From a virus (lineage: Duplodnaviria; Heunggongvirae; Uroviricota; Caudoviricetes), in IMG/VR virus record IMGVR_UViG_2541047875_000007, positions 1 through 42,110 of that record: a stretch of 42,110 bases of DNA; one strand, given 5' to 3'. Position 1 is the stretch's first letter, and each line of letters opens with the position of its first letter. The position numbers and the translations under genes are program-made. The notes below the pieces were generated by a model. It was not told where the DNA came from. It saw nothing but the letters and a program-made list of their open reading frames with translations, and ran no database searches. Shown here piece by piece: positions 10,578 to 21,652 of the stretch.

Positions 10578-11270
10578 TTAAAACAGTGAACCAAGAAGAC
10601 CAAGACCGCCGCCAACAGCGGCACCAATACCAGTACCAATACCGGGAACAATGCTGCCAAGCTGTGCTCCAGCAATTGCTCCAGAGGCAGCCCCGCCTAT
10701 TGCAGATTGAAGGCCGGAAGGTCTATTAGCGTTTGCCGCCGCCAGTGCCGCGCTTTGCTGTGAAATCTGGCTCATGTTGTTGGCATATGTTTGCCCGGCG
10801 TTTGCCTGCCCCTGAAGAGCGCCAAGACCAATATTTGCCAGATTCTGGTAGTTGTTCATCTGGCCAGACAGCCACTGCTGACCAAGCGTTGGTGCGATTG
10901 TTGCTAACTGATTACTGGTTGCGGTGGAACCTAATCCACCTGTTGCTTCCGCTGCCGCCAGACTCTGATAGCGCGCCTGACCAGCAAGGTCTTTGTACTG
11001 CTGAGAGTTGTAATACTGGTTAAGCGCCTGACCTTGCCCCTCCAGAGACGATAAGTTCTCGAGGCTGCCGACATACTTCTCAGCCAGAGGAGTAAACGGT
11101 TTCAGGTTGTTCATGATGGTGTTGAACTGCTGATTTTGCAGGTCTGCGGAATACTTCTGGGCTTCTGCTGCATACTTTGCGCTTTTATCGGCTCCACCTT
11201 TCCCGCCTTTTTCAGGGCAATAAGGTTCCTCGCCGCGCAGTTTTCTGCCCAGCTTAAATGCATATAACAT
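10578..11270 (-). CDS. Ejection protein gp7
   Basis: 230-aa ORF with Gly/Ala-rich hydrophobic C-terminus; size and position match P22 gp7. Confidence 0.85.
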   Translation of the reverse strand: MLYAFKLGRKLRGEEPYCPEKGGKGGADKSAKYAAEAQKYSADLQNQQFNTIMNNLKPFTPLAEKYVGSLENLSSLEGQGQALNQYYNSQQYKDLAGQARYQSLAAAEATGGLGSTATSNQLATIAPTLGQQWLSGQMNNYQNLANIGLGALQGQANAGQTYANNMSQISQQSAALAAANANRPSGLQSAIGGAASGAIAGAQLGSIVPGIGTGIGAAVGGGLGLLGSLF

Positions 11271-11272
11271 GG

Positions 11273-11731
11273 CTATCTCCCGTGATTCAGGAAGTCGATT
11301 AGTTCTTCGCGTGTGGCGCTGTAAAACGTCACGTCATCCACGCCTTTAAAGTATTTCTTGATGGTTCCGACACGCTTAAGGCCAATCATTGCGCAGTAAA
11401 TCTGCCCGTGGCGGAATTTGCGTGCGGCGAACGATGTGACGCACTGAACGGTGGTGTTAGTCAGAATGTATCGCCAGAACGCCAGCCCGATTTCCTTGCT
11501 GAATCCACGAATCTCTGGCAGGTACATGGCGTGGCAATCAAAGGTCAGCGGCTGAATCTCCTGATAGTAAACAATTCCGCCGAACTGCCCGTGCACGTTC
11601 ACCTCAAAGTAACGGCATTCAGGCTTGTAGTCGTATCCATCGCCGTTGTTGCTCCCGGCGATAATGTCAGGGTGATTTCCTACTGCTTCGATCAGGTCGA
11701 TGTTTCGCGTTGGTTTGAAATGAATCATCAC
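11273..11731 (-). CDS. Head assembly / DNA stabilisation protein gp14
   Basis: 152-aa ORF between tail needle and gp7, as in P22/Sf6. Confidence 0.75.
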   Translation of the reverse strand: MMIHFKPTRNIDLIEAVGNHPDIIAGSNNGDGYDYKPECRYFEVNVHGQFGGIVYYQEIQPLTFDCHAMYLPEIRGFSKEIGLAFWRYILTNTTVQCVTSFAARKFRHGQIYCAMIGLKRVGTIKKYFKGVDDVTFYSATREELIDFLNHGR

Positions 11732-12681
11732 TGCTCCGCGATTATCTTGATGGTTGTGGCAGTAAACGCCGCACCATTCGACTGAATGGTTAACGTGCTG
11801 CCATTTGTGGCAAGAAAGCCGTCTTTATCCACACTGAAGAACGTAGCTAACAGGATGTTATCGGTCGTTGTCGCCGAGTTGCGACTGCTTACCAGTGTGT
11901 CAGGAACAGAGCCGGAAAAGGTTAGCTGCATTGACCTGTTTGCGGTTCCGCTGGGCCACGTCCCGACAATCGACAGCTTGAAGAACAGGGTTTTGTTCTC
12001 GTTGAAAACAACCATCTTGTTGTTATCAGTATCGAAGAATGGTGCCAACGTCCCGGATGACGGCGTGAGCGTTTTCAGCAGGCTAACAAGGTTGGTCGGC
12101 GCTGTTGGAATGGTTACCGATACTCCTGAGTAAACAACCTCTGATTTCTTGCGCGTGGTGGCATACTCAAGCGCAGATATTCTTGTTGAGTGATCACCAA
12201 CTGTGCTTTGTAGCGTCGAAATACTTCCCTCTGCCGCTGTGAGCCTGGTATCAAGTGCGTTGATATCGGTTGTATTCTGAGTTATTCGCGCATCATGGTT
12301 TGCTAACTCAGATTCATTGGCAGCAATTCGCGTCTCGTGATCAGCCAGCTCTGTTTCGGCAGCCGTAATCCTTGTTTCATGATCTGCAAGAGTGCTTTCC
12401 GCTGCTGCGATTCTATGTTCATGATTGACGAGAGTTGCTTCAGCAGCAGCAATTCTGGATTCATGGTCTGCAAGGGTGACATCCTGCTCATCATTCTTCA
12501 CCTGTGCATCATAAGCCCCCTTCCCTGCTTCGTTGGCCTTGTTAGCCACGTTACCAACATCAGCACCCTGTGCGATAACGTACAGCAGATATGACTGCGA
12601 GAAGATATTGCGTGGAAGGACTGATGTGTCGAGTCGTGTAGCCTGAATGATTACCGGCTCATTGAGATTCGAATCAGCCAT
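11728..12681 (-). CDS. Tail needle protein (gp26-like) with coiled-coil repeats and an extended C-terminal domain
   Basis: N-terminus [43 protein letters not shown] matches the P22 gp26 N-terminus; repeated ADHE(S/T)RIAAAE heptad-like units; 317 aa versus about 233 in P22. Confidence 0.85.
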   Translation of the reverse strand: MADSNLNEPVIIQATRLDTSVLPRNIFSQSYLLYVIAQGADVGNVANKANEAGKGAYDAQVKNDEQDVTLADHESRIAAAEATLVNHEHRIAAAESTLADHETRITAAETELADHETRIAANESELANHDARITQNTTDINALDTRLTAAEGSISTLQSTVGDHSTRISALEYATTRKKSEVVYSGVSVTIPTAPTNLVSLLKTLTPSSGTLAPFFDTDNNKMVVFNENKTLFFKLSIVGTWPSGTANRSMQLTFSGSVPDTLVSSRNSATTTDNILLATFFSVDKDGFLATNGSTLTIQSNGAAFTATTIKIIAEQ

Positions 12682-14099
12682 TACTCGATCCTTATCTGGC
12701 AGCCTGACAGAGTGACAGGTGACTTAGTGATAACACGCAATTTGAAGCCGACATTTTTCCTGATGCGCCCAACTCGCTTCCACAAAACGCGTTTGTCGTA
12801 AACGAACGGTTCATTCTGCTCAATCATCTGCTCACGCCCGTAATTGATACCGTCAGTGGTTGCAGAGAGAAAAAGGCGGTCAGCATACTGCGCAACGCCA
12901 GTTGACGATTCAACCTCAAGGTCGAACACTCTGGCGTTATCCGCTTTGAACAGTGGAGTAAACAGCAGGTGTTCCTGTTGCTTGTCGTACTGGCTGCTGA
13001 TATCGAACTGCAGTTTCCCGGTAACAGATTCCAGCTTATCGCCGCACGTTATCTGATTGCCTTCGTAAATGAAGTCGATAGCGCGGTACACATCGTCATA
13101 CAAGCCAGTTTTCAACACACACCATTGCGTACCATTGGCGCTTGAAGATGCGTCGTACACGAGAACATGGCGCGCAAGATGGATAATCAGCAACTCATGC
13201 GCATCAAATCGCAGAGACTCCATCACGCCATCAGCCAGTTCATCAGCAGTGTAGGAGCGTAGTATTTTCTCAATGCTCGCGCTGGCGATTGGTGATACCT
13301 GACCAGAGCCGATGATATACACAGACGGCGCACCTGTTGCCGGATTGCTGATGAACGCATACGAATCAGCGAACTGCGTTTTGCAGTAGGTTCCAGCGAT
13401 ACCTTTCTGCACCATTAACGATGGCTGGGCGACATACAAAGCAGCACCAACGGTGGTTGCACCCGTCAGGGAGAAATATTCAATCGTCGATGAACCAAAG
13501 CAGACGATAAAGTCTCGCCATGTACCTATGCCGATGATGCCGTCAGGCTGCGATTCTGCACGATATTGTGCGCTGTAGCGGTCAGGGTGCGATTCGTCTT
13601 CAAGGTCAGTGATAAACCATGAATCAGTACCGTCTTTTGACCACGCATAACGCCCACGTAAGCGCGTAATGTCGCGAACTGAACCTAACTCATACTGCGT
13701 AAAACCGCTGTCTGTAGGCCAGTTTGATACGGTTTTAACCGTGCCATCATAGCGATACTCGACCAGTTGACCATTAACGCCTACAGCCTGAGATGTTCGA
13801 CCATGCGCCATTGATACGCGACCACTTCCGGCGACGTCACCGACTTCACTTTCGCCTTTGTACAGCTTGCCACCACACACGCGATAAACGGCACTCTGCG
13901 CCATGTTGTACTCGACGCCGCGCGATACGCCGTTCACATCAGAACGTTTGGCAATTCCCGGGAATGAGCGAAGATATCCGCTGCTGTTCAGGATTTCTTT
14001 GGGTGTAGCCAGCATATTCACTGGCAGATAGTCGATATAGTCGGCATTTCGGAAGTCTTTGCCGACGCCTTTCATGAGCGGAAGTTGCTGAATCGGCAT
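12681..14099 (-). CDS. Tail accessory protein gp10
   Basis: 472-aa ORF, same length and position as P22 gp10. Confidence 0.85.
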   Translation of the reverse strand: MPIQQLPLMKGVGKDFRNADYIDYLPVNMLATPKEILNSSGYLRSFPGIAKRSDVNGVSRGVEYNMAQSAVYRVCGGKLYKGESEVGDVAGSGRVSMAHGRTSQAVGVNGQLVEYRYDGTVKTVSNWPTDSGFTQYELGSVRDITRLRGRYAWSKDGTDSWFITDLEDESHPDRYSAQYRAESQPDGIIGIGTWRDFIVCFGSSTIEYFSLTGATTVGAALYVAQPSLMVQKGIAGTYCKTQFADSYAFISNPATGAPSVYIIGSGQVSPIASASIEKILRSYTADELADGVMESLRFDAHELLIIHLARHVLVYDASSSANGTQWCVLKTGLYDDVYRAIDFIYEGNQITCGDKLESVTGKLQFDISSQYDKQQEHLLFTPLFKADNARVFDLEVESSTGVAQYADRLFLSATTDGINYGREQMIEQNEPFVYDKRVLWKRVGRIRKNVGFKLRVITKSPVTLSGCQIRIE

Positions 14100-14108
14100 T
14101 TATTCACC

Positions 14109-14570
14109 TCACGTACTCGGATCATCTTTCTCGATGTAAAACCGATTCCACGTATACGCGCTTTTGTTACCACTACCGCGAGGCATGTCATTTCGCCGCT
14201 CAAGTGGTGGTATTTTGGTTAAAGCGATGCAGATTGTCTGATATGCGCTGTCAGCAGCGGTAAGGAGAGCATCCGACGGCTGAATGACGTTATCCATGCA
14301 CACTTGCACAGCGAGTTTCAAAGCGACGCCATCATTTGCCCATGCAGGGATACCTGAATCATCGTCAGGTAACGGCATGATGCCGTTTTCTGTATCAGCA
14401 AACTGATATCCAAGCTCGATACCTTTCGCCTGCCATGCTGCCATCATGTCTTCGAGGTCATTAATGGCATCTTCAATTGCCTGAGGGTCGGCATCTGTCA
14501 ACGTGGCATTGGAATACAGCCCGGCTTTTCGTAAAGCCTTTAGAACGAGATCACCCTTCGTTTTCGCCAT
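14109..14570 (-). CDS. Tail accessory / head completion protein gp4
   Basis: 153-aa ORF following coat, as in P22. Confidence 0.8.
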   Translation of the reverse strand: MAKTKGDLVLKALRKAGLYSNATLTDADPQAIEDAINDLEDMMAAWQAKGIELGYQFADTENGIMPLPDDDSGIPAWANDGVALKLAVQVCMDNVIQPSDALLTAADSAYQTICIALTKIPPLERRNDMPRGSGNKSAYTWNRFYIEKDDPST

Positions 14571-14739
14571 CTTCTTCCGCCTTAGCCACTTTTTGCTTCG
14601 TTGCGGTTTCTTCAGGAGTTTTTACCCAACCTTTTTTCAGGTGAGATTTAACTTCTTCGTCATCAACAATGATGTAATCGACAGCAAACTGACCACAGGT
14701 GATCATGTTGCCCGGCTTATAGAGCATTGTTCGTGCCAT
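14551..14739 (-). CDS. Small hypothetical protein (62 aa) between coat and gp4
   Basis: ORF-track ORF trimmed to ATG 14739 with GGGAGAAG upstream; overlaps the gp4 start by 20 nt. Confidence 0.45.
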   Translation of the reverse strand: MARTMLYKPGNMITCGQFAVDYIIVDDEEVKSHLKKGWVKTPEETATKQKVAKAEEDGENEG

Positions 14740-14780
14740 TGTCTTCTCCCAATAAAAATGGGGCCGAAGCCCCACCAAAA

Positions 14781-16034
14781 TTACTGCCCGGCAATAACGA
14801 TGCCCGTATATTCAGGAACAAGTACAGAGCAGCCGTACAGAGTGGTGAAACGCGCAGTGGTTACGCCTTTGATGTGGTCGAAGGCGTAAGACATAATCAG
14901 CGTAGCGCCCTGCTCGGTGGTTGCCGTCATTACCTGTGGACCCTGACCAGTCGGGAACGCCAGTTTGCCGTACATCAGTTCAACAGAACCATCAGCCCAG
15001 AACAGGTTAGCCGGTGCGGCATTTTTGTTGAGAATGGTGATTGCTGCGCTACTTGCCGCATTAGCATCAACGTTTGCATATGGACGGCTGGCGACATCCG
15101 CGTTGTCAGGCGGCAGAATTTTCGGGGAGATAGTTACTGTCGTTCCGCTAACTGCCAGAACGCGGAATACCTGCGGCTGCCCGGTGGTATCTTTGGTGAT
15201 CTGGTGTACGGAATTCACCCCTGCGATGGTAAACGCATCGCCAACCTGCAAACCTTCAGCAGATACCGTAATGGTCCCCTGTCGGTTATCCACTGGCATT
15301 TCGTTAGCATCTTTCGCTTCAACCTTGTGCGCAGGTGCTGCTGCCAGCGTAATGGAAGTTGCTGTACCCTTCGGAACACGACCAGAAATATCGGTCTTGT
15401 AGCTATCGAAGGACGCAACCGGAGGGATCTGCGCTTTTTCGTATGCTGTCAGGGTTGCGCCCTGAGCATAGGCACGGTGACCAAGCTCGCCAGCAAGGTC
15501 TTTGTAGTTGAAGGGGTTCCAGAAAGAGCGGCGGTTGATACCCTGTGGTACACCAATCGCCGTCATGGTGGCATCAATACCTGCCGCACAGTTCCACAAA
15601 TCACGGCCCTGTGAACCAGTGGTTGAGTCAGCCATTGTGATCACGTTAGTAGCACGCTGCGTGACCATGGAAATCAGGTCAGAGTCAATCTGTGCAGCAA
15701 GGCGCATACCTGCGGCGCGACCAGCTTCAGTTTTATGTTCCGGGTCACGCATTTCACGCGCATCCAGAGTGTACAGAATGTTTTTCGGCTCCTTGAACAC
15801 AGAAGGAACAAGGCGCTGAACCAGTGCTGTTGGCGTTTTGCCGCTGAGGTCTAGGCCTTCCTCAATGTTCATGTGGTAATGCTGCGGACGATACAGAACA
15901 TCACCTGCTCGCTGCATTGCTGTATCACCGGGACGGAATTTTTTAGCGTTACGGGAAACTACGCAGGCGGCCTCAAAGCCTTCAACGTAGTTTTCGAACA
16001 TGATTTCAAGGTCTTTTGCTAATTGGTTAGCCAT
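14781..16034 (-). CDS. Major capsid (coat) protein
   Basis: 417-aa ORF; C-terminal similarity to P22 coat (FWADGS..., ...GQ terminus); position after scaffold. Confidence 0.9.
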   Translation of the reverse strand: MANQLAKDLEIMFENYVEGFEAACVVSRNAKKFRPGDTAMQRAGDVLYRPQHYHMNIEEGLDLSGKTPTALVQRLVPSVFKEPKNILYTLDAREMRDPEHKTEAGRAAGMRLAAQIDSDLISMVTQRATNVITMADSTTGSQGRDLWNCAAGIDATMTAIGVPQGINRRSFWNPFNYKDLAGELGHRAYAQGATLTAYEKAQIPPVASFDSYKTDISGRVPKGTATSITLAAAPAHKVEAKDANEMPVDNRQGTITVSAEGLQVGDAFTIAGVNSVHQITKDTTGQPQVFRVLAVSGTTVTISPKILPPDNADVASRPYANVDANAASSAAITILNKNAAPANLFWADGSVELMYGKLAFPTGQGPQVMTATTEQGATLIMSYAFDHIKGVTTARFTTLYGCSVLVPEYTGIVIAGQ

Positions 16035-16052
16035 GTTTAATGCTCCGATAGG

Positions 16053-16946
16053 TTATTTTTTTGCCTTTTTAGCGGCGAAATACGGCGTCCAGTCACCAGT
16101 TTCCAGCGCCTTGGCTTTCAATTTGCCGAGGTTGTTGATTACTGCGCCGTTGCTCCCCTTAACTGTCGGGGTTGTGGCTGCCGTGGTTTTTGCTTTTGGC
16201 ATGACTCTGGCCTTCGATTCGATACGTTCCAGCAGACGACCAATTGCTACGGGGTTGGTAGCTTCTGCCAGTTGCTTGCGCAGTTCAGCGTTGCGACCGA
16301 GCGCCAGAACAACGATTTCCGGCTTCTCTGACTCAAACAGGATCGCGTTTTGTGTCTCGATGGGGATTTCCTCGAGTACGGCCTGTTCTGCTTCCTGATA
16401 GCCAGGAACTTTGAGAGCCTTAACACGTTGCTGATATTTGGATAATCGCTCTTGATAGGCAGCCTGAAGCTCCTGCTCCTTCTGCTTGCGAGCCATCTCC
16501 TGTTGCTGGTACTTGCCGTTATCCTCTGCCCACTTAGCCATGCGTTGCTGGTAGATTTCTTCATCGAAACCGATGTCCTCATCATCCAGTTTTGGCATTC
16601 GCGGTGGTTGAGTTATTACCGGCTGCTGCTCGACGGGTTTCTGAGACTGACGCATCAGCTCTTTCAGCTCGCGGTCTTTCTCTTTAATCGTCTTGCGCAG
16701 GTGTTTTACCAGTCCATGCTCTGCGCCATCTTCGCTGGTTGGCGAATCCAGCTTTTCGTCACCAAAGTAGAATTCCTGTTCTGATTCGTCGTCATCAGTT
16801 TCAGTAGCTTCCTCTGCATCATTGCCGGAGGACTCACTGCCATCTTCTGTTTCGACTTCTTCAGCCAGTTCGACATCATCAGGAATCTGCTCTGACGCGT
16901 CGGTTTCGATTTCAACTTCTGGTGTGTTTTCTGCCATCTGGTCCAT
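16053..16946 (-). CDS. Scaffolding protein
   Basis: 297-aa highly charged E/K/Q-rich helical protein between portal and coat. Confidence 0.85.
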   Translation of the reverse strand: MDQMAENTPEVEIETDASEQIPDDVELAEEVETEDGSESSGNDAEEATETDDDESEQEFYFGDEKLDSPTSEDGAEHGLVKHLRKTIKEKDRELKELMRQSQKPVEQQPVITQPPRMPKLDDEDIGFDEEIYQQRMAKWAEDNGKYQQQEMARKQKEQELQAAYQERLSKYQQRVKALKVPGYQEAEQAVLEEIPIETQNAILFESEKPEIVVLALGRNAELRKQLAEATNPVAIGRLLERIESKARVMPKAKTTAATTPTVKGSNGAVINNLGKLKAKALETGDWTPYFAAKKAKK

Positions 16947-17036
16947 TTGTTACCCCTGTTTACTCGATGTTCAGCCCATCGGAAGGCAATAGGGTGCCAG
17001 GCCTCATAAAGACAGCCATTGCACGTTATGGGTTAA

Positions 17037-19235
17037 TTACTGCTGTGGTTGTTGCTGAGTTGATTTTTGCAGGATGCTGCTGATGTCCATGCGCTGCGCA
17101 TGACCCTGTGCCTGACTTTTCAGGACAAGCTCTGCATCAGCACGGGCATTGTCTCCTTGCTGTTGCTGGAACTGTCCGAGCAGTTTCAGAGCCTCGCGGA
17201 TATCAGATTTCTGCTGGCTATCGGCAGATGCGAGGATTTTCACAACATTTGCCGCTGCAACCTGAGCATCAGTCTGTGCCTGGAATGCTTTAACCTGAAT
17301 GGCTGCCTGTTCGTTCTGCGCTTTCTGCAATTCAGCCTGACCAGCAAGAAGCTGACCTTGCGCAGCAACCATAGCCGGATCTGGCTGACTGGCCTGTTGT
17401 TGTTTCGCCTGCTCAACCATCTGCTGTTCTTCTGGCGTTCTCGGCTTGATAACTCCAGACAGAAGCAACTGATTGCGGTTGTATTCTTTCAGGTCGTCCA
17501 TCCCTTCTCCGTCCATATTGTCGAGAATCATCGACGATACAAGGTCGTGCTTCGGCGTCCCTGGCGGGATAAGTGCCAGCATGGAAAGTAACGACTTAAC
17601 CGTTGCATCACGGCGAGTAGCGAACGACTGACCGACATCGACAGTCACTTCGTAGTTACCCTGCGAAAGGTCGTTAAGCGCGATAACCTGCCCTGTCTGA
17701 CGGTCAACCACTTCACCAGTCATCAGCGCCACGTCATCGCTGCCGTCCTCATTAACGATACGCATCGGCGTATCGCTGCCATAGACTTCACGCGCCATAG
17801 AAAGCCACACAACGCCAGCGCGACGCATAGATTTAGCCATGTTGTCCATGTAGATATAGGACTGCGTGTCCATCCGGTTAAAGATGCTATCAACGGTATC
17901 GGTGGCGACGTTGCTCGGCATGTTCTCAAGCTGCGACGCACCTGTAATTTGCTGAATAGCCGTTCCGGTGTACTGCAATAGCCCGGCAAGAGCTGGAGGC
18001 ATTTGTGTCGGAGGCGTATAACTGCTGACCTGAGCCTGCGCAGTAATATCTCCGTTTTTGTTTTTCAAACTGACCATCGGCAGGAACGCCGGGCGCTTTT
18101 TGTTGCGCTCCGCCCAATGAGTGGCAAGAGGACCAGGAATCATGTCAACATCAACTACAGGAATGCCATCACCGCCAGCCTGAGTAGCGTTATCTGCAAT
18201 CATGGAAACCATCAGGTTCTCAAGACGCTGTGCATCCATCGCTTTTGCTGCGTGGCCTTCGATTCGCTCCTGATTATCAACAAATGAACGACGCCCATAT
18301 ACCGGGATGAGAGGAATATGTTCGCCCGGAATACGCTTCGGTTCTTCCAGCCATTCAGCGCCAGACAGAAGACCGCAATAAACTCGGCGTTTCTTCACCG
18401 TTCGCTCGCCAATCAGTTCGAATGCACCATCGGTCAGCTCGTCGACAATATCTTTGATTTGCTCTTCATCATAGATTGCCGTTTCTCCGCTGACAGGGTT
18501 ACGCCATGCTGTGAGCTTCACCTTCTCTATGCGAACTTCGTAGTAGCGACCAACATAGATAGCATCAGGAGTTGACCAGTCATATTGAGTGCCAGTGTCA
18601 TCACGAGAAAGGCTTGCCGCGATGGAATCAGGGTATTCAGCCTCGAACGCTTTAGGCGTCATGGAGAACATTTCCATAGCCCACATAGCATCAGAGCGGT
18701 CATATTGCTTGCTGTCCTGATCGAAGAAGACGCATGTCGCTGGGTCGTAAACAGGAAGAAGGCTGATGCGTCGCTGCTCGTTACTCGGATCCATTTCATC
18801 TTCGTAATCGGCACACATGCGGAAACAACCGAATCCGCCCGTTACAGCATCATCAAATGCGTTATCACACGCTTCGCCACCGGATGTTTCCTGATAGTCA
18901 GCGCGGAATTTGCCGTTCATCTTTTCGGCTAACGCTTCCGATGCCTTGTCATCCTTCGGCCTGAATTTAACGCTGATGCGATTCTGTCGATACTCGCCAA
19001 TGATGCGATCACATTCACGGGCAATCTTATTCAGCTCAAAGCGCGGGTAATGCTCAAACCTGCCTTCATCAAATGAGTAACCAGCGTTTGTGCTGCCTTC
19101 CCACTGTGCGCCGGACACCCGGACGAAACGTTGAGCTTCAATAATCTGCTCACGCATATCCTGCGTTGCTGACCAGGCATTATCAAAGTTGCACAGCACC
19201 TTGCGATGCCAGTCAGTCATCTTTTTTTCTGCCAT
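17037..19235 (-). CDS. Portal protein
   Basis: 732-aa ORF downstream of the large terminase with a Q-rich C-terminal barrel-like tail; P22 portal is about 725 aa. Confidence 0.9.
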   Translation of the reverse strand: MAEKKMTDWHRKVLCNFDNAWSATQDMREQIIEAQRFVRVSGAQWEGSTNAGYSFDEGRFEHYPRFELNKIARECDRIIGEYRQNRISVKFRPKDDKASEALAEKMNGKFRADYQETSGGEACDNAFDDAVTGGFGCFRMCADYEDEMDPSNEQRRISLLPVYDPATCVFFDQDSKQYDRSDAMWAMEMFSMTPKAFEAEYPDSIAASLSRDDTGTQYDWSTPDAIYVGRYYEVRIEKVKLTAWRNPVSGETAIYDEEQIKDIVDELTDGAFELIGERTVKKRRVYCGLLSGAEWLEEPKRIPGEHIPLIPVYGRRSFVDNQERIEGHAAKAMDAQRLENLMVSMIADNATQAGGDGIPVVDVDMIPGPLATHWAERNKKRPAFLPMVSLKNKNGDITAQAQVSSYTPPTQMPPALAGLLQYTGTAIQQITGASQLENMPSNVATDTVDSIFNRMDTQSYIYMDNMAKSMRRAGVVWLSMAREVYGSDTPMRIVNEDGSDDVALMTGEVVDRQTGQVIALNDLSQGNYEVTVDVGQSFATRRDATVKSLLSMLALIPPGTPKHDLVSSMILDNMDGEGMDDLKEYNRNQLLLSGVIKPRTPEEQQMVEQAKQQQASQPDPAMVAAQGQLLAGQAELQKAQNEQAAIQVKAFQAQTDAQVAAANVVKILASADSQQKSDIREALKLLGQFQQQQGDNARADAELVLKSQAQGHAQRMDISSILQKSTQQQPQQ

Positions 19236-19236
19236 A

Positions 19237-20652
19237 TCAACCTACACCACAAGGAATTGAGTAACTGGAATAGTCGGGTTGCGCAGCCGACTCCGGGCAA
19301 TGCATACACATCATCAACGCATCAGCCAGGTTAGGAGATGGAATACCGAGCTTCTGCTTCATTTCGACCTTAGTCATTAGCTCCAGCTTCCCGTTATTAT
19401 TGAATTTGCGCTGAATCTGCGTCAGTTCTGCAAACAGCTTCTCCAGCATCTTCTCGCCTATCGCTTCTTTGTCGAAACTCAGCATGTCGTCTGGGTCTGC
19501 ATACTCACCGTAGACAACCGCCCGATATGTCAGATACAGCCTGTCAGCCAGCGCGTAATAGAATTGCGCTCGCTTATTGCGGAATACATCGCCAATAGTG
19601 CGAACATTGTCGCCCTGTACGACTTCATCAGCCCATGCTCCGGCCTGATATGGCGCATCTTCATCGAATGGCGATTCGCTGCCCTTGAACATCGTGGCGG
19701 TGATTTTCTTGCCGGAGAACGCTTCCGTTGTCTGCCTGCGTAGCCCGGCACCAACACCATCACCATCCCACAGGTAGTGGTCAGCGCCGTCTTCAATCGC
19801 CAGCGAAGTAGCCCAGTCAGCACCCTCGTTGATGTCCATCAGCAGACCTTCGGCAATGCGCTTAACTACCGAACCGTGGCGCGATGCATAACCTTTGGCA
19901 TCCGGCCCTGTATCTGATGGGTCATGCGCAGAGACAACAGCGCCTTTCGCTTTCCATCCGAGTTTCTTGTGCGCATCGGTAGCAGCTTCAAGCCATTCAC
20001 GTTTGATGATTGCCATATCACTTGCGCTTACTGGCTCACCAAGCCAGATGTGACGATACAGTGTCGGATTTCTGCGTTTGCACTCTTCCATCTCCAGACG
20101 GAGAACTTCAGGAAAGTGCGGGTTGTCGGTGTAGTTCACCGTCAGCAGACAAATATCATCAGGAGGGTTTACGACGAATCGCTGATAGGTATCGTCGAGG
20201 ATGTTTTTCGGGTTGAAGCTCACCCATATTTCGGAAAACGGCTTGCGGATGGTTGGTATCAGGATGTCCCATGATTCCTTCGTTACCGCTTCCGCTTCTT
20301 CCACCCAGCAGATATCAATGCCTTCGAGCGATTTAATCTTCGTCGGGTTGTTTTTTATGCCGTAGAACATGAATTCAGCATTCGTTCCGAGATGACGAAT
20401 CATTGAACGCTGAATTTCAAACTCAGCCGAATACCCTTCCCGCTCTATGGTGTCTTCAAGCAACCGGATTACCGAATCGCTGATACTGTTTTGCAGTTCA
20501 CGAGCGCAGAGAATACGCACTGGCTGCCGACGCGCCGCTTCAACAAGCAGCCTCGCAATTGCCCATGATTTACCGCTACCTCGACCGCCTTTGGCGACTT
20601 TGTAGCGATGCGCCTCAATGAACGGTTCAAAGATAGGATTAATCGAGGTCAT
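19237..20652 (-). CDS. Terminase large subunit
   Basis: 471 aa; Walker A GGRGSGKS near the N-terminus; nuclease domain in the C-terminal half. Confidence 0.95.
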   Translation of the reverse strand: MTSINPIFEPFIEAHRYKVAKGGRGSGKSWAIARLLVEAARRQPVRILCARELQNSISDSVIRLLEDTIEREGYSAEFEIQRSMIRHLGTNAEFMFYGIKNNPTKIKSLEGIDICWVEEAEAVTKESWDILIPTIRKPFSEIWVSFNPKNILDDTYQRFVVNPPDDICLLTVNYTDNPHFPEVLRLEMEECKRRNPTLYRHIWLGEPVSASDMAIIKREWLEAATDAHKKLGWKAKGAVVSAHDPSDTGPDAKGYASRHGSVVKRIAEGLLMDINEGADWATSLAIEDGADHYLWDGDGVGAGLRRQTTEAFSGKKITATMFKGSESPFDEDAPYQAGAWADEVVQGDNVRTIGDVFRNKRAQFYYALADRLYLTYRAVVYGEYADPDDMLSFDKEAIGEKMLEKLFAELTQIQRKFNNNGKLELMTKVEMKQKLGIPSPNLADALMMCMHCPESAAQPDYSSYSIPCGVG

Positions 20653-21074
20653 TTTCCGAATAGAGTGCTCATCGGTGATGTTTCAATCTGGATTGCGCCG
20701 CCGTCCTTACCGACAAGCTCGTTAGTTACCTTGTCGCCATACTTACGGGGATTCATTCGGGCCAGCGCCCATTTGCGGGTATCAACGCGAAGTCTTGCCT
20801 TTGCCACCTCAGCAGCATCTGGAATCGCAGTGTCAGCAATTTCGAATATCTCTTCGAAAATAGAATCAGCTCGTGCCTCAGTTGCCTTCGCGTACTTGTC
20901 TCTAAATTCTTCATGCTCTGACAGCCAGCGAAATACAGTAGCCTTTGCTGGCATGCCGGGGCGCTTGCAAACCTTAACCAGACTTTCCCCGGAGGCAAGC
21001 AGCGCACAGATATCATCAGCCACCTCCGGCAGGTAATCCGAAGGGCGACCGACATTCTTTTTCTCAGTCGCCAT
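20649..21074 (-). CDS. Terminase small subunit (Sf6 gp1-like)
   Basis: 141 aa, MATEKKNVGRPSDYLPEVADDICALLASGESLVKVCKRPGMP... closely matches the remembered Sf6 small terminase. Confidence 0.9.
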   Translation of the reverse strand: MATEKKNVGRPSDYLPEVADDICALLASGESLVKVCKRPGMPAKATVFRWLSEHEEFRDKYAKATEARADSIFEEIFEIADTAIPDAAEVAKARLRVDTRKWALARMNPRKYGDKVTNELVGKDGGAIQIETSPMSTLFGK

Positions 21075-21153
21075 ATTGATTATTTCCCTTCTGCTTGCTT
21101 ATCCCATTCATCGCGGAATTTGGATGGGTTGTCGAAACCTTGAGTTGCCATGT

Positions 21154-21396
21154 TTATGCTCCGGTAGTGAACAGGTCTAACGCTTCCTTCGATTTACGCA
21201 CCGCTTCGATAGTGCGGGTCGTGATATCTGAATTAGCGCCACCTGACTGGAAGTGAATTTTGAATAGCTCAAGCTTCAGTTCGTCAGTACCAATGAACTG
21301 AAATGCTTCTTCTGCGGCTGCGTTCTGGTTCATGACCAGCTTGTAAATCTCTAACTGGAATTTCTGTTCTTCAGTCATGGGAATAATCTCTGCCAT
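21154..21396 (-). CDS. Hypothetical protein (80 aa) upstream of the terminase genes
   Basis: ATG with GGAG 7 nt upstream. Confidence 0.55.
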   Translation of the reverse strand: MAEIIPMTEEQKFQLEIYKLVMNQNAAAEEAFQFIGTDELKLELFKIHFQSGGANSDITTRTIEAVRKSKEALDLFTTGA

Positions 21397-21652
21397 TGTT
21401 GGCTCCGTTTATCCGTTAAAAGGGATATCAGTTAAGTTATCCCGTGTAGGGTATAAGCCATTGTCGAGACCACTCATTGAATGGTCTCTGCAATAACCGA
21501 TGTCTTTCCATCAGTCCGCCACCACAAAGAATCTTTTTTGCCATAAGGCAGGAGGTTCATCTTTCAGTGGCTGCCAGTGTTATTTCCCCACTTACTGGCT
21601 TGGGTTGTTTCGTGGTACTGCCGTAATGCAAAAACTGGATTAACCTGCGAAA

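Noticed and set aside
14727-15614. 295-aa plus-strand ORF antisense to the coat gene (similar antisense ORFs at 14965-15402, 17067-17591, 19924-20274 and others)
   Set aside because: Cys/Arg-rich translations typical of antisense frames of GC-rich coding sequence; they lie entirely within well-supported structural genes.
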